Part shown: in pieces, positions 18,186-27,325 of the stretch
How the letters are laid out: each line of letters begins with the position of its first letter
How positions within the stretch are numbered: the stretch's first letter is position 1
IMG/VR virus record: IMGVR_UViG_3300020202_000084
Location: 1 to 59,449 of that record
Length of the DNA: 59,449 nucleotides
DNA from: a virus
Taxonomy: Duplodnaviria > Caudoviricetes
Direction: 5' to 3' (one strand)
Position numbers and translations under genes: made by a program
Notes under the pieces: model-generated
Seen by the model: the letters and a program-made list of their open reading frames with translations, nothing else
The model's database searches: none
What the model was told of the DNA's origin: nothing

Positions 18186-18869
18186 TTGGCGCTTAATGCC
18201 AGTAAGCTACCGAGTAAGCGTAAAGAAATCCCTGTTCTCCCCATCGCGACTTATCCAACCTACTTGGTTCAAGTCATCGATATGGGCCTTCATCCGAACA
18301 TCTATAAGGGTGAGGATAAGGGACCCGCTCGTAAGATTAGGCTCACTTATGAGTTTGCAGATGAGTTCTTGAAGGACGATGATGGTCAGGACATGCCTGA
18401 CAAGCCTCGCTGGCTTAGTGAGGAAATCAATCTGTTCCCTCTCAAGAGCGAGCGTGCAATCAGCACTATCCGTTACAAGACCCTAGACCCTAACTTGGTG
18501 CATGGCGGTGACTTTGTTGCCTGCCTTGGCACCCCTGTATTGCTGTCTGTGGGGCATCGTAAGGGTGGTGGCAAGTGGGAAGGCCGAGTGTTTGAAGAAG
18601 TGCTGGGCATCAGCGGTGTCCGTCCAAAGGATGCGGCTAAGATGACTGGTCCGGTGAATAAGCCGGTGTTCTTCGACTTGGACGATCCCGACTTGGAAGT
18701 GTTTAAGACGTTGCCCAGCTTTGTCCAGGACACTATTAAGAAGAACCTGGAATACACTGGCAGCAAGTTGGAAGCTCTGCTCAAGACTGTGGACACTACG
18801 ACTCCTGCGAAGCAGCAGACTAATAGTGCTCCCACGGCTGAAGAGCTAGACGACGAGAATCCGTATTAG
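18186..18869 (+). CDS. single-stranded DNA-binding protein (putative)
   Basis: Position in the replication module, VQVIDMG, acidic aromatic tail ELDDENPY. Confidence 0.7.
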   Translation: MALNASKLPSKRKEIPVLPIATYPTYLVQVIDMGLHPNIYKGEDKGPARKIRLTYEFADEFLKDDDGQDMPDKPRWLSEEINLFPLKSERAISTIRYKTLDPNLVHGGDFVACLGTPVLLSVGHRKGGGKWEGRVFEEVLGISGVRPKDAAKMTGPVNKPVFFDLDDPDLEVFKTLPSFVQDTIKKNLEYTGSKLEALLKTVDTTTPAKQQTNSAPTAEELDDENPY

Positions 18870-19431
18870 GGTTCTGGTAGCCTGTGAATTTAGTGGCCGA
18901 GTAAGACAGGCATTTAGGGACAGGGGTCATGACGCTTGGAGTTGTGACCTGCTCCCTGCGGAGGACGGTAGTCCGTATCATATTCTAGAAGATGTTTATT
19001 ATCATCTAGAGAGGGGGTGGGACCTGATGATTGCTCATCCTCCCTGCACCCATCTAGCTAGCTCTGGTGCTAGGTGGTGGCCTAACAAAGAGTTAGAACA
19101 ACAAGAAGCAATTCTCTTTGTTAAGATGCTAGCGATTGCACCTATTCCCCGCATCGCTATAGAAAATCCCATCGGTAAATTATCTAAAGCATGGCGTAAA
19201 CCTGACCAGATTATCCAGCCGTGGATGTTTGGACATGGCGAGACTAAGGCCACTTGTCTGTGGCTTAAGAACCTTCCTCTATTGCAGCCCACCAACATCG
19301 TAGATGGCAGAGAGCCAAAGGTGCATTGGATGAGCCCTAGCAAGGATCGATGGAAGGAACGAAGCAGAACCTATCAAGGCATAGCAGATGCTATGGCAGA
19401 ACAGTGGGGGACTATTGACACTAGTAATTAA
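18865..19431 (+). CDS. phage C5-cytosine methyltransferase-like protein (ATT/ATC start)
   Basis: In-frame upstream extension RVLVACEFSG..GHDAWSCDLLP; HPPC catalytic motif, IENP, K.TCLW. Confidence 0.75.
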   Translation: MRVLVACEFSGRVRQAFRDRGHDAWSCDLLPAEDGSPYHILEDVYYHLERGWDLMIAHPPCTHLASSGARWWPNKELEQQEAILFVKMLAIAPIPRIAIENPIGKLSKAWRKPDQIIQPWMFGHGETKATCLWLKNLPLLQPTNIVDGREPKVHWMSPSKDRWKERSRTYQGIADAMAEQWGTIDTSN

Positions 19432-19942
19432 TTTATTCGCTGGCCCCGGCGCTGGCAAATCTACTACCCGAGCCGGTGTATTTCATAAGCTCAAACTTGA
19501 GGGATATAATGTTGAAGAAGCTCCTGAGTTTGCTAAAGAACTCACATGGGAGAAGCGAGACATGGCATTCACCTGCCAGACTTATATCTTCGCTAACCAG
19601 CTATACACCCTGCATCGATTACAGGGACAGGTTGCCGCCATCGTAACTGACAGTCCGTTGCTTCTCAGCAACATCTATGCATCTCCGAAAGAACCAGAAA
19701 GTCTTAGACAGCTGGCTATCGATAAGTTCAACGAGTTCGATAATATTAACTTCTTCATCAACCGAGTGAAGCCATACAATCCGAAGGGTCGCAATCAAAC
19801 GGAGAAAGAGGCTTGGACTAAGGACGATGAAGTGTATTCCTATCTCTGCAATAACAACATCCCGTTTGGTTCTGTGGATGGAAACGAGAGGGCACCAGAG
19901 ATTATCTGTAAGCGTGTGAGGAAACTTCTTGCTTCCTCCTAA
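19415..19942 (+). CDS. P-loop nucleotide kinase/ATPase (NadR/Ttd14-like)
   Basis: INLFAGPGAGKST, EFAKELTW, TDSPLL, GRNQ. Confidence 0.8.
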   Translation: MTLVINLFAGPGAGKSTTRAGVFHKLKLEGYNVEEAPEFAKELTWEKRDMAFTCQTYIFANQLYTLHRLQGQVAAIVTDSPLLLSNIYASPKEPESLRQLAIDKFNEFDNINFFINRVKPYNPKGRNQTEKEAWTKDDEVYSYLCNNNIPFGSVDGNERAPEIICKRVRKLLASS

Positions 19943-20786
19943 TCTCCTTCCGTTAGTGGATGGAGACATTCTCAGATACGAAATCGGGTATGCCTCAGAG
20001 ACGGGATGGAGGGCTAAGACACAAAGACAAGAGAGCCCTCCGTTCTCCTACGTGGAGAGTGTCTTGCAACAGCGGCTAGCAGACATATGTTCCGCTCTCA
20101 ACACTAACCAGACACCGAAGATATATTTTACTGAAGGCCGCACCTTCCGTTACGACATTGCCAAGAAGAAGCCCTATAAAGGATCGCGTGTAGAAAAGAA
20201 GCCAGACCACTTCGATAATCTGACTTGCTACATGCGGGACATCTTGGGAGCAGAGGTAGTTACAGGGATAGAGGCAGATGATCGTTTGGCAATTGATCAT
20301 TACAGCAGTGCTGGGACTACTGTTCTGTGCAGCCGTGACAAAGACCTCAGACAAGTTCCAGGGTGGTTCTACAGCTGGGAACTGGATAGACAGCCGTCCT
20401 TTGGTCCGACCAAGATCACAAAAGAGGGCACACTTGCCCTTACACCGGCTAAACCGGAATTAAAGAAGCCAGCCAAGTTAATGGGCACAGGACTGAGTTG
20501 GTTCTATGCTCAGGTGCTTATGGGAGATCCGGTAGATAACATTCCCGGATTGCCCCAATGCGGGCCTGTGGCAGCCTTTGAGCTGTTGCAGGGTAGGACA
20601 CCAGCCGAGCAGCTAGAGACCGTCCTGAGGGCTTATACGGACTACTACGAGGGGTGTATTTCCCCGAATAGTTTCCCGTTTAATCCTGATGCTGAACTTC
20701 TAGAACAAGGACGTCTCTGCTGGCTCACTAGGAGACTTAATGAGGATGGGACGCCAGAACTCTGGCAGATAGGGATGGAGGAATAA
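19929..20786 (+). CDS. 5'-3' exonuclease (T7 gp6-like)
   Basis: VDGDI, YKGSR, EADD, SRDKDL, GDPVDNIPG. Confidence 0.92.
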   Translation: MLPPNLLPLVDGDILRYEIGYASETGWRAKTQRQESPPFSYVESVLQQRLADICSALNTNQTPKIYFTEGRTFRYDIAKKKPYKGSRVEKKPDHFDNLTCYMRDILGAEVVTGIEADDRLAIDHYSSAGTTVLCSRDKDLRQVPGWFYSWELDRQPSFGPTKITKEGTLALTPAKPELKKPAKLMGTGLSWFYAQVLMGDPVDNIPGLPQCGPVAAFELLQGRTPAEQLETVLRAYTDYYEGCISPNSFPFNPDAELLEQGRLCWLTRRLNEDGTPELWQIGMEE

Positions 20787-21036
20787 TGTTTAAAGATGTC
20801 ATAACGCAAGTAGCTGTATGGGTTCTGATTGCAGTAGTATTTTTTGTGGCAGGCGCTTGGATATTCTAATATGAAGTTCAGGATTGTCCCGATCAAACAT
20901 GACGGTGGTTACAAGTGGGAGCTTCAGAGGTATATCGAACAGTATGCTGGGTGGTATAGAGTTAGCTGTTACACTTGGAAGTGGCAAGCCAAGCGTATGG
21001 CTAAACACCTAGCTACCGCTCCTGAAGAGTTCACTG

Positions 21037-21408
21037 TTGGCTGAGTGGACACAGAGCCGTCTTAACGCATTTATCAAATCGGCACTGAGAGCAGCGTCTA
21101 ATCGCTACCCTCCCAAGTTTGAATGCAAGAAGAACGCTAGAGTAGAACGAGGCATCTATCTCTGCGCTGGCTATAAGCACAAGGCCCATCGGGTGCCTGC
21201 CTCCCTCCCACCTCTACCCGGTAAAAAACGAAGAATAGACAATGCAGTAGTTGACCACATTATTCCTGTAGGTGGCCCAGATGATCCAGGCGGATGGAAT
21301 GGAGTCATTGAGAGGATGTTCTGCGGAGCAGAGGGACTACAGGTGCTATGCCATGAGTGCCATAGCAGAAAGACAGCAGATGAAAGGGAGCAAAGGAGGC
21401 AGAAGTGA
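21037..21408 (+). CDS. HNH endonuclease-like protein
   Basis: VDHIIPV...LQVLCHECHSRKT. Confidence 0.8.
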   Translation: MAEWTQSRLNAFIKSALRAASNRYPPKFECKKNARVERGIYLCAGYKHKAHRVPASLPPLPGKKRRIDNAVVDHIIPVGGPDDPGGWNGVIERMFCGAEGLQVLCHECHSRKTADEREQRRQK

Positions 21409-21977
21409 AAAAGTTTTTAGCACCAATTGCGTATCTGACATCAATAGTAGGAGTTAACGTTCTATTCGCCAGCTGGCCTGAACTCTCATGGCTTTGGGCT
21501 ATTATTGTGGGTGGCATTTTCGTTACCCGAGACTACGCTCAGAAAGCTATAGGGCATTGGGTTTTGCCTCTTATGGCACTTGCTGGAATACTGACTTGGT
21601 TTATGGCTAGCCCGTTCATTGCCATTGCCTCCATTGCAGCCTTTGCTGTGGCAGAGCTGGTGGACTGGGCAGTGTATTCGTTCACTAAGAAGACGTTTAG
21701 CCAACGTGTTCTGTATAGTTCAGCACTTAGCGTTCCGTTAGATAGTGCAGTGTTTTTGTTAGTGGCCGGGTTCTTCTCTTGGCCTGTGTTCCTTGCACAG
21801 ATCGCCGCCAAGATGGCTGTGGCTTGGTTTATTTGGGCACGCCTCTCTTGCAAGCTAGGTCATGATTTTAGAACGGTCCCTTGTGAAAATCAGGAGCTTA
21901 TTGGTTGGAGCGTTTGGTGCGGTAGATGTTCTCGTTGCGATAAGAAAACTAGTTATAGAGGTTCATTAGTAGGATAA
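21405..21977 (+). CDS. yhhQ: VUT/YhhQ-family preQ0/preQ1 transporter with C-terminal Cys/His tail
   Basis: Multi-TM; RDYAQ, AIAS..AF..AELVDW.VY, R...S...S..LDS.VF signature. Confidence 0.75.
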   Translation: MKKFLAPIAYLTSIVGVNVLFASWPELSWLWAIIVGGIFVTRDYAQKAIGHWVLPLMALAGILTWFMASPFIAIASIAAFAVAELVDWAVYSFTKKTFSQRVLYSSALSVPLDSAVFLLVAGFFSWPVFLAQIAAKMAVAWFIWARLSCKLGHDFRTVPCENQELIGWSVWCGRCSRCDKKTSYRGSLVG

Positions 21978-22382
21978 ATGAAAACGTATTTATGTGGTCC
22001 GATTAATGGTTGCACCGATGATGAGGCAAAGGGTTGGCGCGAGGTAGCTACAGAACTATTGGGTGGTGAGGTGTATGACCCGATGGTTCGTGACTATCGT
22101 GGCCGAGAACTCGAACCCGGCATCGCTGCTGAGATTGTGGAGAATGATAAAGAGGACATCCTCATGTGTGGCTACGTCCTCGTCATGTATGAGAAGCCGT
22201 CTGTCGGCACCAGCATGGAAGTGTTTTATGCCTGGGAGCGAGAGATTGAAGTGATTGTAGTGGACAAGAGCGGTAAACCTTTGAGTCCATGGCTTCTGTA
22301 TCACTCTCATAAGGTTGTTTCTACATTGCAAGAGGCTTGTGACTACATCAATGAACGTAACGCACGAACTAAAGGTAACTAA
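21978..22382 (+). CDS. nucleoside 2-deoxyribosyltransferase-like N-glycosidase
   Basis: YLCGPI, WR, DP, D..DI, SVGTSME. Confidence 0.8.
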   Translation: MKTYLCGPINGCTDDEAKGWREVATELLGGEVYDPMVRDYRGRELEPGIAAEIVENDKEDILMCGYVLVMYEKPSVGTSMEVFYAWEREIEVIVVDKSGKPLSPWLLYHSHKVVSTLQEACDYINERNARTKGN

Positions 22383-22653
22383 GCGCTGTCCTGTTAATGG
22401 CGCAGAAGATATTTATGATGTTACCATCGAGACAGATGCCCTAGTAAATGTTGAGCGTATTATGGAAATCGTTGATGCCTTGCCGGAGACAATCTTCCAA
22501 GAACACTTAACTGAAAGGTTAGCGACTGAACTGGCAAGTGAGGCTGCCGCATATCATCACTTTCGTGTGCAGACAGTAGGTTTTCACTCTGGGATTAAGA
22601 CCACTTGTGTTGCTTCCTACGGCATGTCGCAGCCACAAGGCTATCCGCTCTAA
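22351..22653 (+). CDS. QueF-like T-fold protein
   Basis: RCPVNGAED.Y.VTI (catalytic Cys/Asp as in QueF CPxTGxPD), FQE, H.G. Confidence 0.6.
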   Translation: MNVTHELKVTKRCPVNGAEDIYDVTIETDALVNVERIMEIVDALPETIFQEHLTERLATELASEAAAYHHFRVQTVGFHSGIKTTCVASYGMSQPQGYPL

Positions 22654-23333
22654 TGATCCACTATCACGGCACTCCCATCACCCCGAGAGGCGTCCTAAAG
22701 ACCTTGAAGGGTAGAAATTTCTGCGTGAGCTATGCTCGTCCAGAGGATGTGGAATGGGTGCATGAATACGGACAGAGCGTCATGCTAGACAACGGTGCGT
22801 TTAGTTTCTGGCGCACTGGTAAGCAAGTGGACTGGGAGGGATACTACAAGTGGGCTGAGCAATGGCTACGCTATCACACCACTTGGGCGGTCATCCCAGA
22901 CATTATTGATGGGACGGAAGAGCAGAATGATCAGCTGGTTGAGCAATGGCCGTATGGGCAAAAGGGCGCACCAGTTTGGCACATTAACGAAAGCACGGAT
23001 CGTCTGAAGCACCTGTGCCAACATTTTAATAGGGTGTGTGTTGGCAGCGCTGGCGAATACGCCACAGTGGCAGATAAGAAGTGGCACGCCAGAATGAGTC
23101 AAGTTTTTGACGAACTATGTATCGATGGCGTCCCTCCCGTATGGTTGCACATGCTGAGAGGTATGCGAGTGTCTAAATATAACTATCCGTTCGCATCAGC
23201 AGACTCCACAGACATTGCTCGCAACCATGCTGCTCCGCAGAACGACGCGGTAAGTATGGCTAATAGATGGGACAGAGTTAATCCTCCCGCCGTGTGGATT
23301 GGTAGTTATAAGAGAGTAACAAAGGAAGCGTAA
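22653..23333 (+). CDS. TGT/DpdA-like base-exchange transglycosylase
   Basis: MLDNGAFS, IPDII, PVWH, HML, SADST match TGT-fold motifs. Confidence 0.7.
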   Translation: MIHYHGTPITPRGVLKTLKGRNFCVSYARPEDVEWVHEYGQSVMLDNGAFSFWRTGKQVDWEGYYKWAEQWLRYHTTWAVIPDIIDGTEEQNDQLVEQWPYGQKGAPVWHINESTDRLKHLCQHFNRVCVGSAGEYATVADKKWHARMSQVFDELCIDGVPPVWLHMLRGMRVSKYNYPFASADSTDIARNHAAPQNDAVSMANRWDRVNPPAVWIGSYKRVTKEA

Positions 23334-23597
23334 GTGAACAAAGAAGTGCATGTAGAGGACACTACTAACGAAAACTACACAGACCTTATTGCAGTGGAGA
23401 TGGCCGAGGCTTTCGAGGACAATTCCAAGTGGCACATGGGGGCTGTCTATCTGACACAGGAGGGTATGGACGAACTAGCAGACATCTTTGAAGAAGTGCC
23501 TATTCCCTTGCGAGGCATTGTGTTTGGGAAGTTCCTGAACGAACTAGATAATCGGGGAGTGAAGTATGACAAAGAGCAATTTCAGAGGCCGCATTAA
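23334..23597 (+). CDS. acidic hypothetical protein
   Basis: Coupled ORF. Confidence 0.6.
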   Translation: MNKEVHVEDTTNENYTDLIAVEMAEAFEDNSKWHMGAVYLTQEGMDELADIFEEVPIPLRGIVFGKFLNELDNRGVKYDKEQFQRPH

Positions 23598-24358
23598 TGA
23601 CTTCTCACCTGTTCATCCCCGATCCCCACGCAACCCCGGAGCACAACAATAAGCGCTTTGGCTGGCTGGGAGAGCTAGTTGTAGACCTGAAGCCAGACGT
23701 TGTTATCTGTGCTGGCGACTGGGCCGATATGAATGCTCTGTGCTCTTATGACAAAGGCACCAAGGGCTATGAGGGAAGGCGATATAAGCACGATGTAGAC
23801 GCAGTCATTGATGCTCAGGAACGGTTCTTTGCTCCCATTAAGCGGGCCAAGAAGAAGCTCCCTCGGTTTGTAATGCTAGAGGGAAATCATGAGCATAGAA
23901 TTGAGCGTGCTATTTCCTTGGATGCTGCTCATCTGGACGGTGTTATTGGTCAGGATGATTTGGCTTACGAGGACTTCGGGTGGGAGTATGTCAGATATGA
24001 AGGCTCCACTCCTGGTATCATCGTTATTGATGGCATTGCTTACGCTCACTTTTTCACTTCGGGTGTCATGAACCGTCCGATTAGTGGCAACCATCCTGCC
24101 TATCAACTGATCGTAAAGCAGTTCATGTCCTGCACTCAGGGACACGCTCATGTGCTCGACTATTGTATTCGCACTAACGCTGATGGCAGGCATATTCGTG
24201 GGCTTGTTGCTGGCTGCTATACTGACCAGCGTCCTGATTATGCGGGTGTTGCTAATGATCTTTGGTGGAGAGGGGTAGTGTTCAAGCAGGGTGTAGATAA
24301 TGGCGTCTATGAGCCCACCTTCATCGGTTTGGATCAAATCAGGGAGGCATATGCGTGA
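23597..24358 (+). CDS. calcineurin-like metallophosphoesterase
   Basis: DPH, GDWAD, GNHE, GHAH. Confidence 0.9.
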   Translation: MTSHLFIPDPHATPEHNNKRFGWLGELVVDLKPDVVICAGDWADMNALCSYDKGTKGYEGRRYKHDVDAVIDAQERFFAPIKRAKKKLPRFVMLEGNHEHRIERAISLDAAHLDGVIGQDDLAYEDFGWEYVRYEGSTPGIIVIDGIAYAHFFTSGVMNRPISGNHPAYQLIVKQFMSCTQGHAHVLDYCIRTNADGRHIRGLVAGCYTDQRPDYAGVANDLWWRGVVFKQGVDNGVYEPTFIGLDQIREAYA

Positions 24359-24705
24359 GTGAAACTAAAATTCCGACTGGGTTTCAGGTCGGCGAGGTAG
24401 TGTATTTCTCTACAGGAGGCTACAGCGACTACAGTGTTGATGGTGTGTTCTCGGTCGAGAAAAACTTCGAATTAGACGATGTAGTCAGCACCTATCGTGA
24501 GAAATACTGCACCAAGCACGAGTATCCTAGTTACTTCGACAAGACACAAACCGTAGTTACTTGGAAGATTACCAATCATTATTCAGATGATCATGTCAGC
24601 TTCATAGCTTGGCTTACTAAGGAGGGCTATATTTCCCCGGTAGACTCCAAAGAAATCCATATTGGCGATTACGGACAGTGTGACCCGTATATCGCAGGAT
24701 GGTGA
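24355..24705 (+). CDS. hypothetical protein
   Basis: Coupled ORF, G.YSDY motif. Confidence 0.6.
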   Translation: MSETKIPTGFQVGEVVYFSTGGYSDYSVDGVFSVEKNFELDDVVSTYREKYCTKHEYPSYFDKTQTVVTWKITNHYSDDHVSFIAWLTKEGYISPVDSKEIHIGDYGQCDPYIAGW

Positions 24706-24706
24706 C

Positions 24707-25123
24707 ATGACGTGCGTAGCATATCGCGATGGTGTGATTGCCGCCGATAGCATGTCTGTGGTCGAAGAAGTTAAGATGGATAACGAAGTGAAGGTGGCTA
24801 AGCGTAAAGGCCACCTCTTCGGACTAGCGGGAAATGCCTTGCCGCCTATGGATAAGGCGATTGCATGGTATTTCAATAAGAACAGAGGGCCATTCAAGCC
24901 CTACAAGTTCTCCCTGCTAGTCATTACACCTGACAAGAAGGTCTATGACATTGACCAGAACAACGGACAAGTCGCTGTCACTGCGCCTTTCTATGCAGTG
25001 GGTAGTGGGGCTATCGGGGCTATATGCGCAATGGAGATTGGTGCCACGGCAGAGCAAGCCGTAGCAGCCTGTATTAAATGGTGCCCAGAAGTGGGTGGGA
25101 AGGTAGTGACGAGGAAGCTGTAA
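24707..25123 (+). CDS. HslV/proteasome-beta-like Ntn peptidase
   Basis: N-terminal Thr (MTCVAY), IAADS, K, AVGSG. Confidence 0.75.
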   Translation: MTCVAYRDGVIAADSMSVVEEVKMDNEVKVAKRKGHLFGLAGNALPPMDKAIAWYFNKNRGPFKPYKFSLLVITPDKKVYDIDQNNGQVAVTAPFYAVGSGAIGAICAMEIGATAEQAVAACIKWCPEVGGKVVTRKL

Positions 25124-25264
25124 TGGAGTGGCAATTCTATTGGAAGTCCTGGGGGCTTAGCCGGACAAAGACTTGGGACAATGCTTGGTGTGTTTATTGG
25201 AACTATCTAATTATAGGACCGCTACAATTACGATGGGTGTCTTTGCGAAAGAAGAATTGGAATA

Positions 25265-25696
25265 ATGCTTAAAGGACAAATCTATCTCATCGGGTCCCTC
25301 CGCAATCCTCTAGTCACTGATCTGGGAAACGCCCTCCGCAAAGAGGGCTTTTCTATATTCGATGATTGGATGGCGGCTGGGCCAGAAGCAGACGACTACT
25401 GGCAGAAGTATGAAACAGAAAAGGGCCACACCTATGGTGAAGCCCTGAGGGGAGCAGCTGCTCGGAATGTGTTTGAGTTCGATAAGCGCCATCTGGACGC
25501 CTCAGCTGGTGCTGTATTGGTTATGCCTGCTGGCCGCTCAGGTCATCTGGAGCTTGGGTATATGGTTGGCTCTGGAAAGTGGACGGCAATCTACTTTGAT
25601 AAGACGCCTGAGCGTTATGACGTTATGTATCAGTTTGCCGACAACATTTGTTTTAATTACGATGAGTTGCTAGGAGCACTAAAGAATGCCAAGTGA
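25265..25696 (+). CDS. nucleoside deoxyribosyltransferase-like protein
   Basis: IYLIGSLRN, F.FD..HLD, PAGRSGHLELGY. Confidence 0.7.
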   Translation: MLKGQIYLIGSLRNPLVTDLGNALRKEGFSIFDDWMAAGPEADDYWQKYETEKGHTYGEALRGAAARNVFEFDKRHLDASAGAVLVMPAGRSGHLELGYMVGSGKWTAIYFDKTPERYDVMYQFADNICFNYDELLGALKNAK

Positions 25697-25943
25697 TTAT
25701 TCTGTCGAGTGTCCTGATTGGATGACTGACGCACTCTATGATGTTGTCGAGGAATTAGAAAAGGCCACTAAGAAATTCGGTTCCTTCAGTAACATGCACG
25801 AGGGCTATGCGGTGTTGCTAGAAGAAGTAGATGAACTCTGGGATGAAGTGAAGGGTAACGACAAAGAAAAGGCGCTCAAGGAAGCTGTGCAGGTTGCTGC
25901 AATGGCACTTCGGTTTATTATTGACCTTAAGTATAAGGACTAA
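25686..25943 (+). CDS. MazG-like all-alpha NTP pyrophosphohydrolase
   Basis: HEGYAVLLEEVDE...KEAVQVAAMA. Confidence 0.7.
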   Translation: MPSDYSVECPDWMTDALYDVVEELEKATKKFGSFSNMHEGYAVLLEEVDELWDEVKGNDKEKALKEAVQVAAMALRFIIDLKYKD

Positions 25944-25944
25944 C

Positions 25945-26145
25945 ATGCAGCTTAAAGATATTACCATCACCAGCCTCTCCATCACCAGCAATCAGGATGG
26001 CAGCGAGAATCTCTACATCGCTGCTGCCTATGGTGCGCCAGGTGCAGAGGTATTTATCACTAAGACCATCTCCAAGTCTACCATCACTGCACAGACGTTG
26101 ATGGATGCGCTTGAGAGTATTTCCGAAACAGCAGGAGTGAAGTAG
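25945..26145 (+). CDS. hypothetical protein
   Basis: SD AAGGA then ATG. Confidence 0.5.
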   Translation: MQLKDITITSLSITSNQDGSENLYIAAAYGAPGAEVFITKTISKSTITAQTLMDALESISETAGVK

Positions 26146-26514
26146 TTGAACGGTTATTATTATCTCGCTAGTCCGTATAGTAAATTTGCTACTGGTATTG
26201 AACAGGCTTGGATTGACGTCTGTAAGCAGGCTGCCATTTTGATTGAGGCAGGTATCCCTGTTTATTCCCCTATCGCCCATACTCACCCTATCGCTGTGCA
26301 TGGCGGGATCGATCCGTATGCACATGCTATCTGGCTTCCAGCTGATCTTCCTTTGATGCAGGGTGCTAAGGGCTTAATCATTTGCATGATGCAAGGGTGG
26401 GAAGAAAGTTATGGTATTAGCGAAGAGATTAAGGAGTTCGAGAAGGCTGGTAAGCAAATCATCTTCATGACCCCCGGTATTGTTCCAGAACACATTCTTG
26501 CAAAGGCTGCCTAA
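26146..26514 (+). CDS. DUF1937-like (NDT-fold) protein
   Basis: YLASPYS, SPIAHTH, GWEES.G..EE. Confidence 0.8.
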   Translation: MNGYYYLASPYSKFATGIEQAWIDVCKQAAILIEAGIPVYSPIAHTHPIAVHGGIDPYAHAIWLPADLPLMQGAKGLIICMMQGWEESYGISEEIKEFEKAGKQIIFMTPGIVPEHILAKAA

Positions 26515-27075
26515 TTGAACATTACTAAAGACACTAATCCAAAAGACGCAGTAGGTATTCGTAAGGCCCCTATGTCCTGTGTCCCTAGTCAGCCTGTGCT
26601 AGAGATGGGGTTAGCAATGATGGAGGGTGCCAGGAAGTATGGGAGACATAATTATCGGATTGCTGGTGTTAGGGCAAGTGTTTACTATGATGCTTGTCTT
26701 AGACACCTTATGGCGTGGTATGAAGGCGAGGACATTGATCCGGACTCTGGGCTACCGCATCTCGCCAAAGCTATGGCTTGTCTCTGTGTCATTCGTGACA
26801 GTGTCATTCGTGACAACTGGGTTGACGATAGGCCACCTTCTATGCGAGCTGGTTGGCAGATAGACCTAAACAAAAAGGCAAGCGATCTGATTGACCGCCT
26901 GCCTGTTTCTAAAGAGCCGTATGTTAAAGAGAGTGTTATTCAGGATTTCCGGACTTTGCGGGAGTTGACTGATTGTTCCACAATCGATCCCAAACAGAAC
27001 CCTCTTCCTCCTGTTTGGACTCCGGAGTATCAGTCTTGGTTGAATTCTCAGGTGACGGAGGAACGTGACGCCTAG
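26515..27075 (+). CDS. dATP/dGTP diphosphohydrolase-domain protein
   Basis: TNPKDAVG, GARKYG..N, RHL..W..GED.DPDSGLPHL. Confidence 0.85.
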   Translation: MNITKDTNPKDAVGIRKAPMSCVPSQPVLEMGLAMMEGARKYGRHNYRIAGVRASVYYDACLRHLMAWYEGEDIDPDSGLPHLAKAMACLCVIRDSVIRDNWVDDRPPSMRAGWQIDLNKKASDLIDRLPVSKEPYVKESVIQDFRTLRELTDCSTIDPKQNPLPPVWTPEYQSWLNSQVTEERDA

Positions 27076-27325
27076 TCCATTCCCGACCACCATTCACCTT
27101 CCCCTCACAGTCGTTCCCGTAGCGCTTCAATTCTAGCTGGTAGTCCTTCCAAGCTTTATTGGAAGCGCCTACAGGGGGCGGAGAGGGCTCTGTGAGACAG
27201 TGCTGGTAGATTTCCGGCTCAGTCACATAGATAGTCTGATGTTCAATGATTACGTCCCGACTTACGCAACCGCTCACCAAGAGCGTCCCAATAAGGGCCA
27301 GCGGGATCGTTAGCGCCTTGAACAT
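26936..27325 (-). CDS. o-spanin (Rz1-like lipoprotein)
   Basis: Lipobox LVSG|C, Pro-rich segment, overlaps the i-spanin 3' end. Confidence 0.7.
   Translation of the reverse strand: MFKALTIPLALIGTLLVSGCVSRDVIIEHQTIYVTEPEIYQHCLTEPSPPPVGASNKAWKDYQLELKRYGNDCEGKVNGGREWTRRHVPPSPENSTKTDTPESKQEEEGSVWDRLWNNQSTPAKSGNPE

Noticed and set aside
26515-27075. Diphosphohydrolase as evidence of a 2-aminoadenine (Z) genome
   Set aside because: No PurZ/adenylosuccinate-synthetase-like ORF is visible
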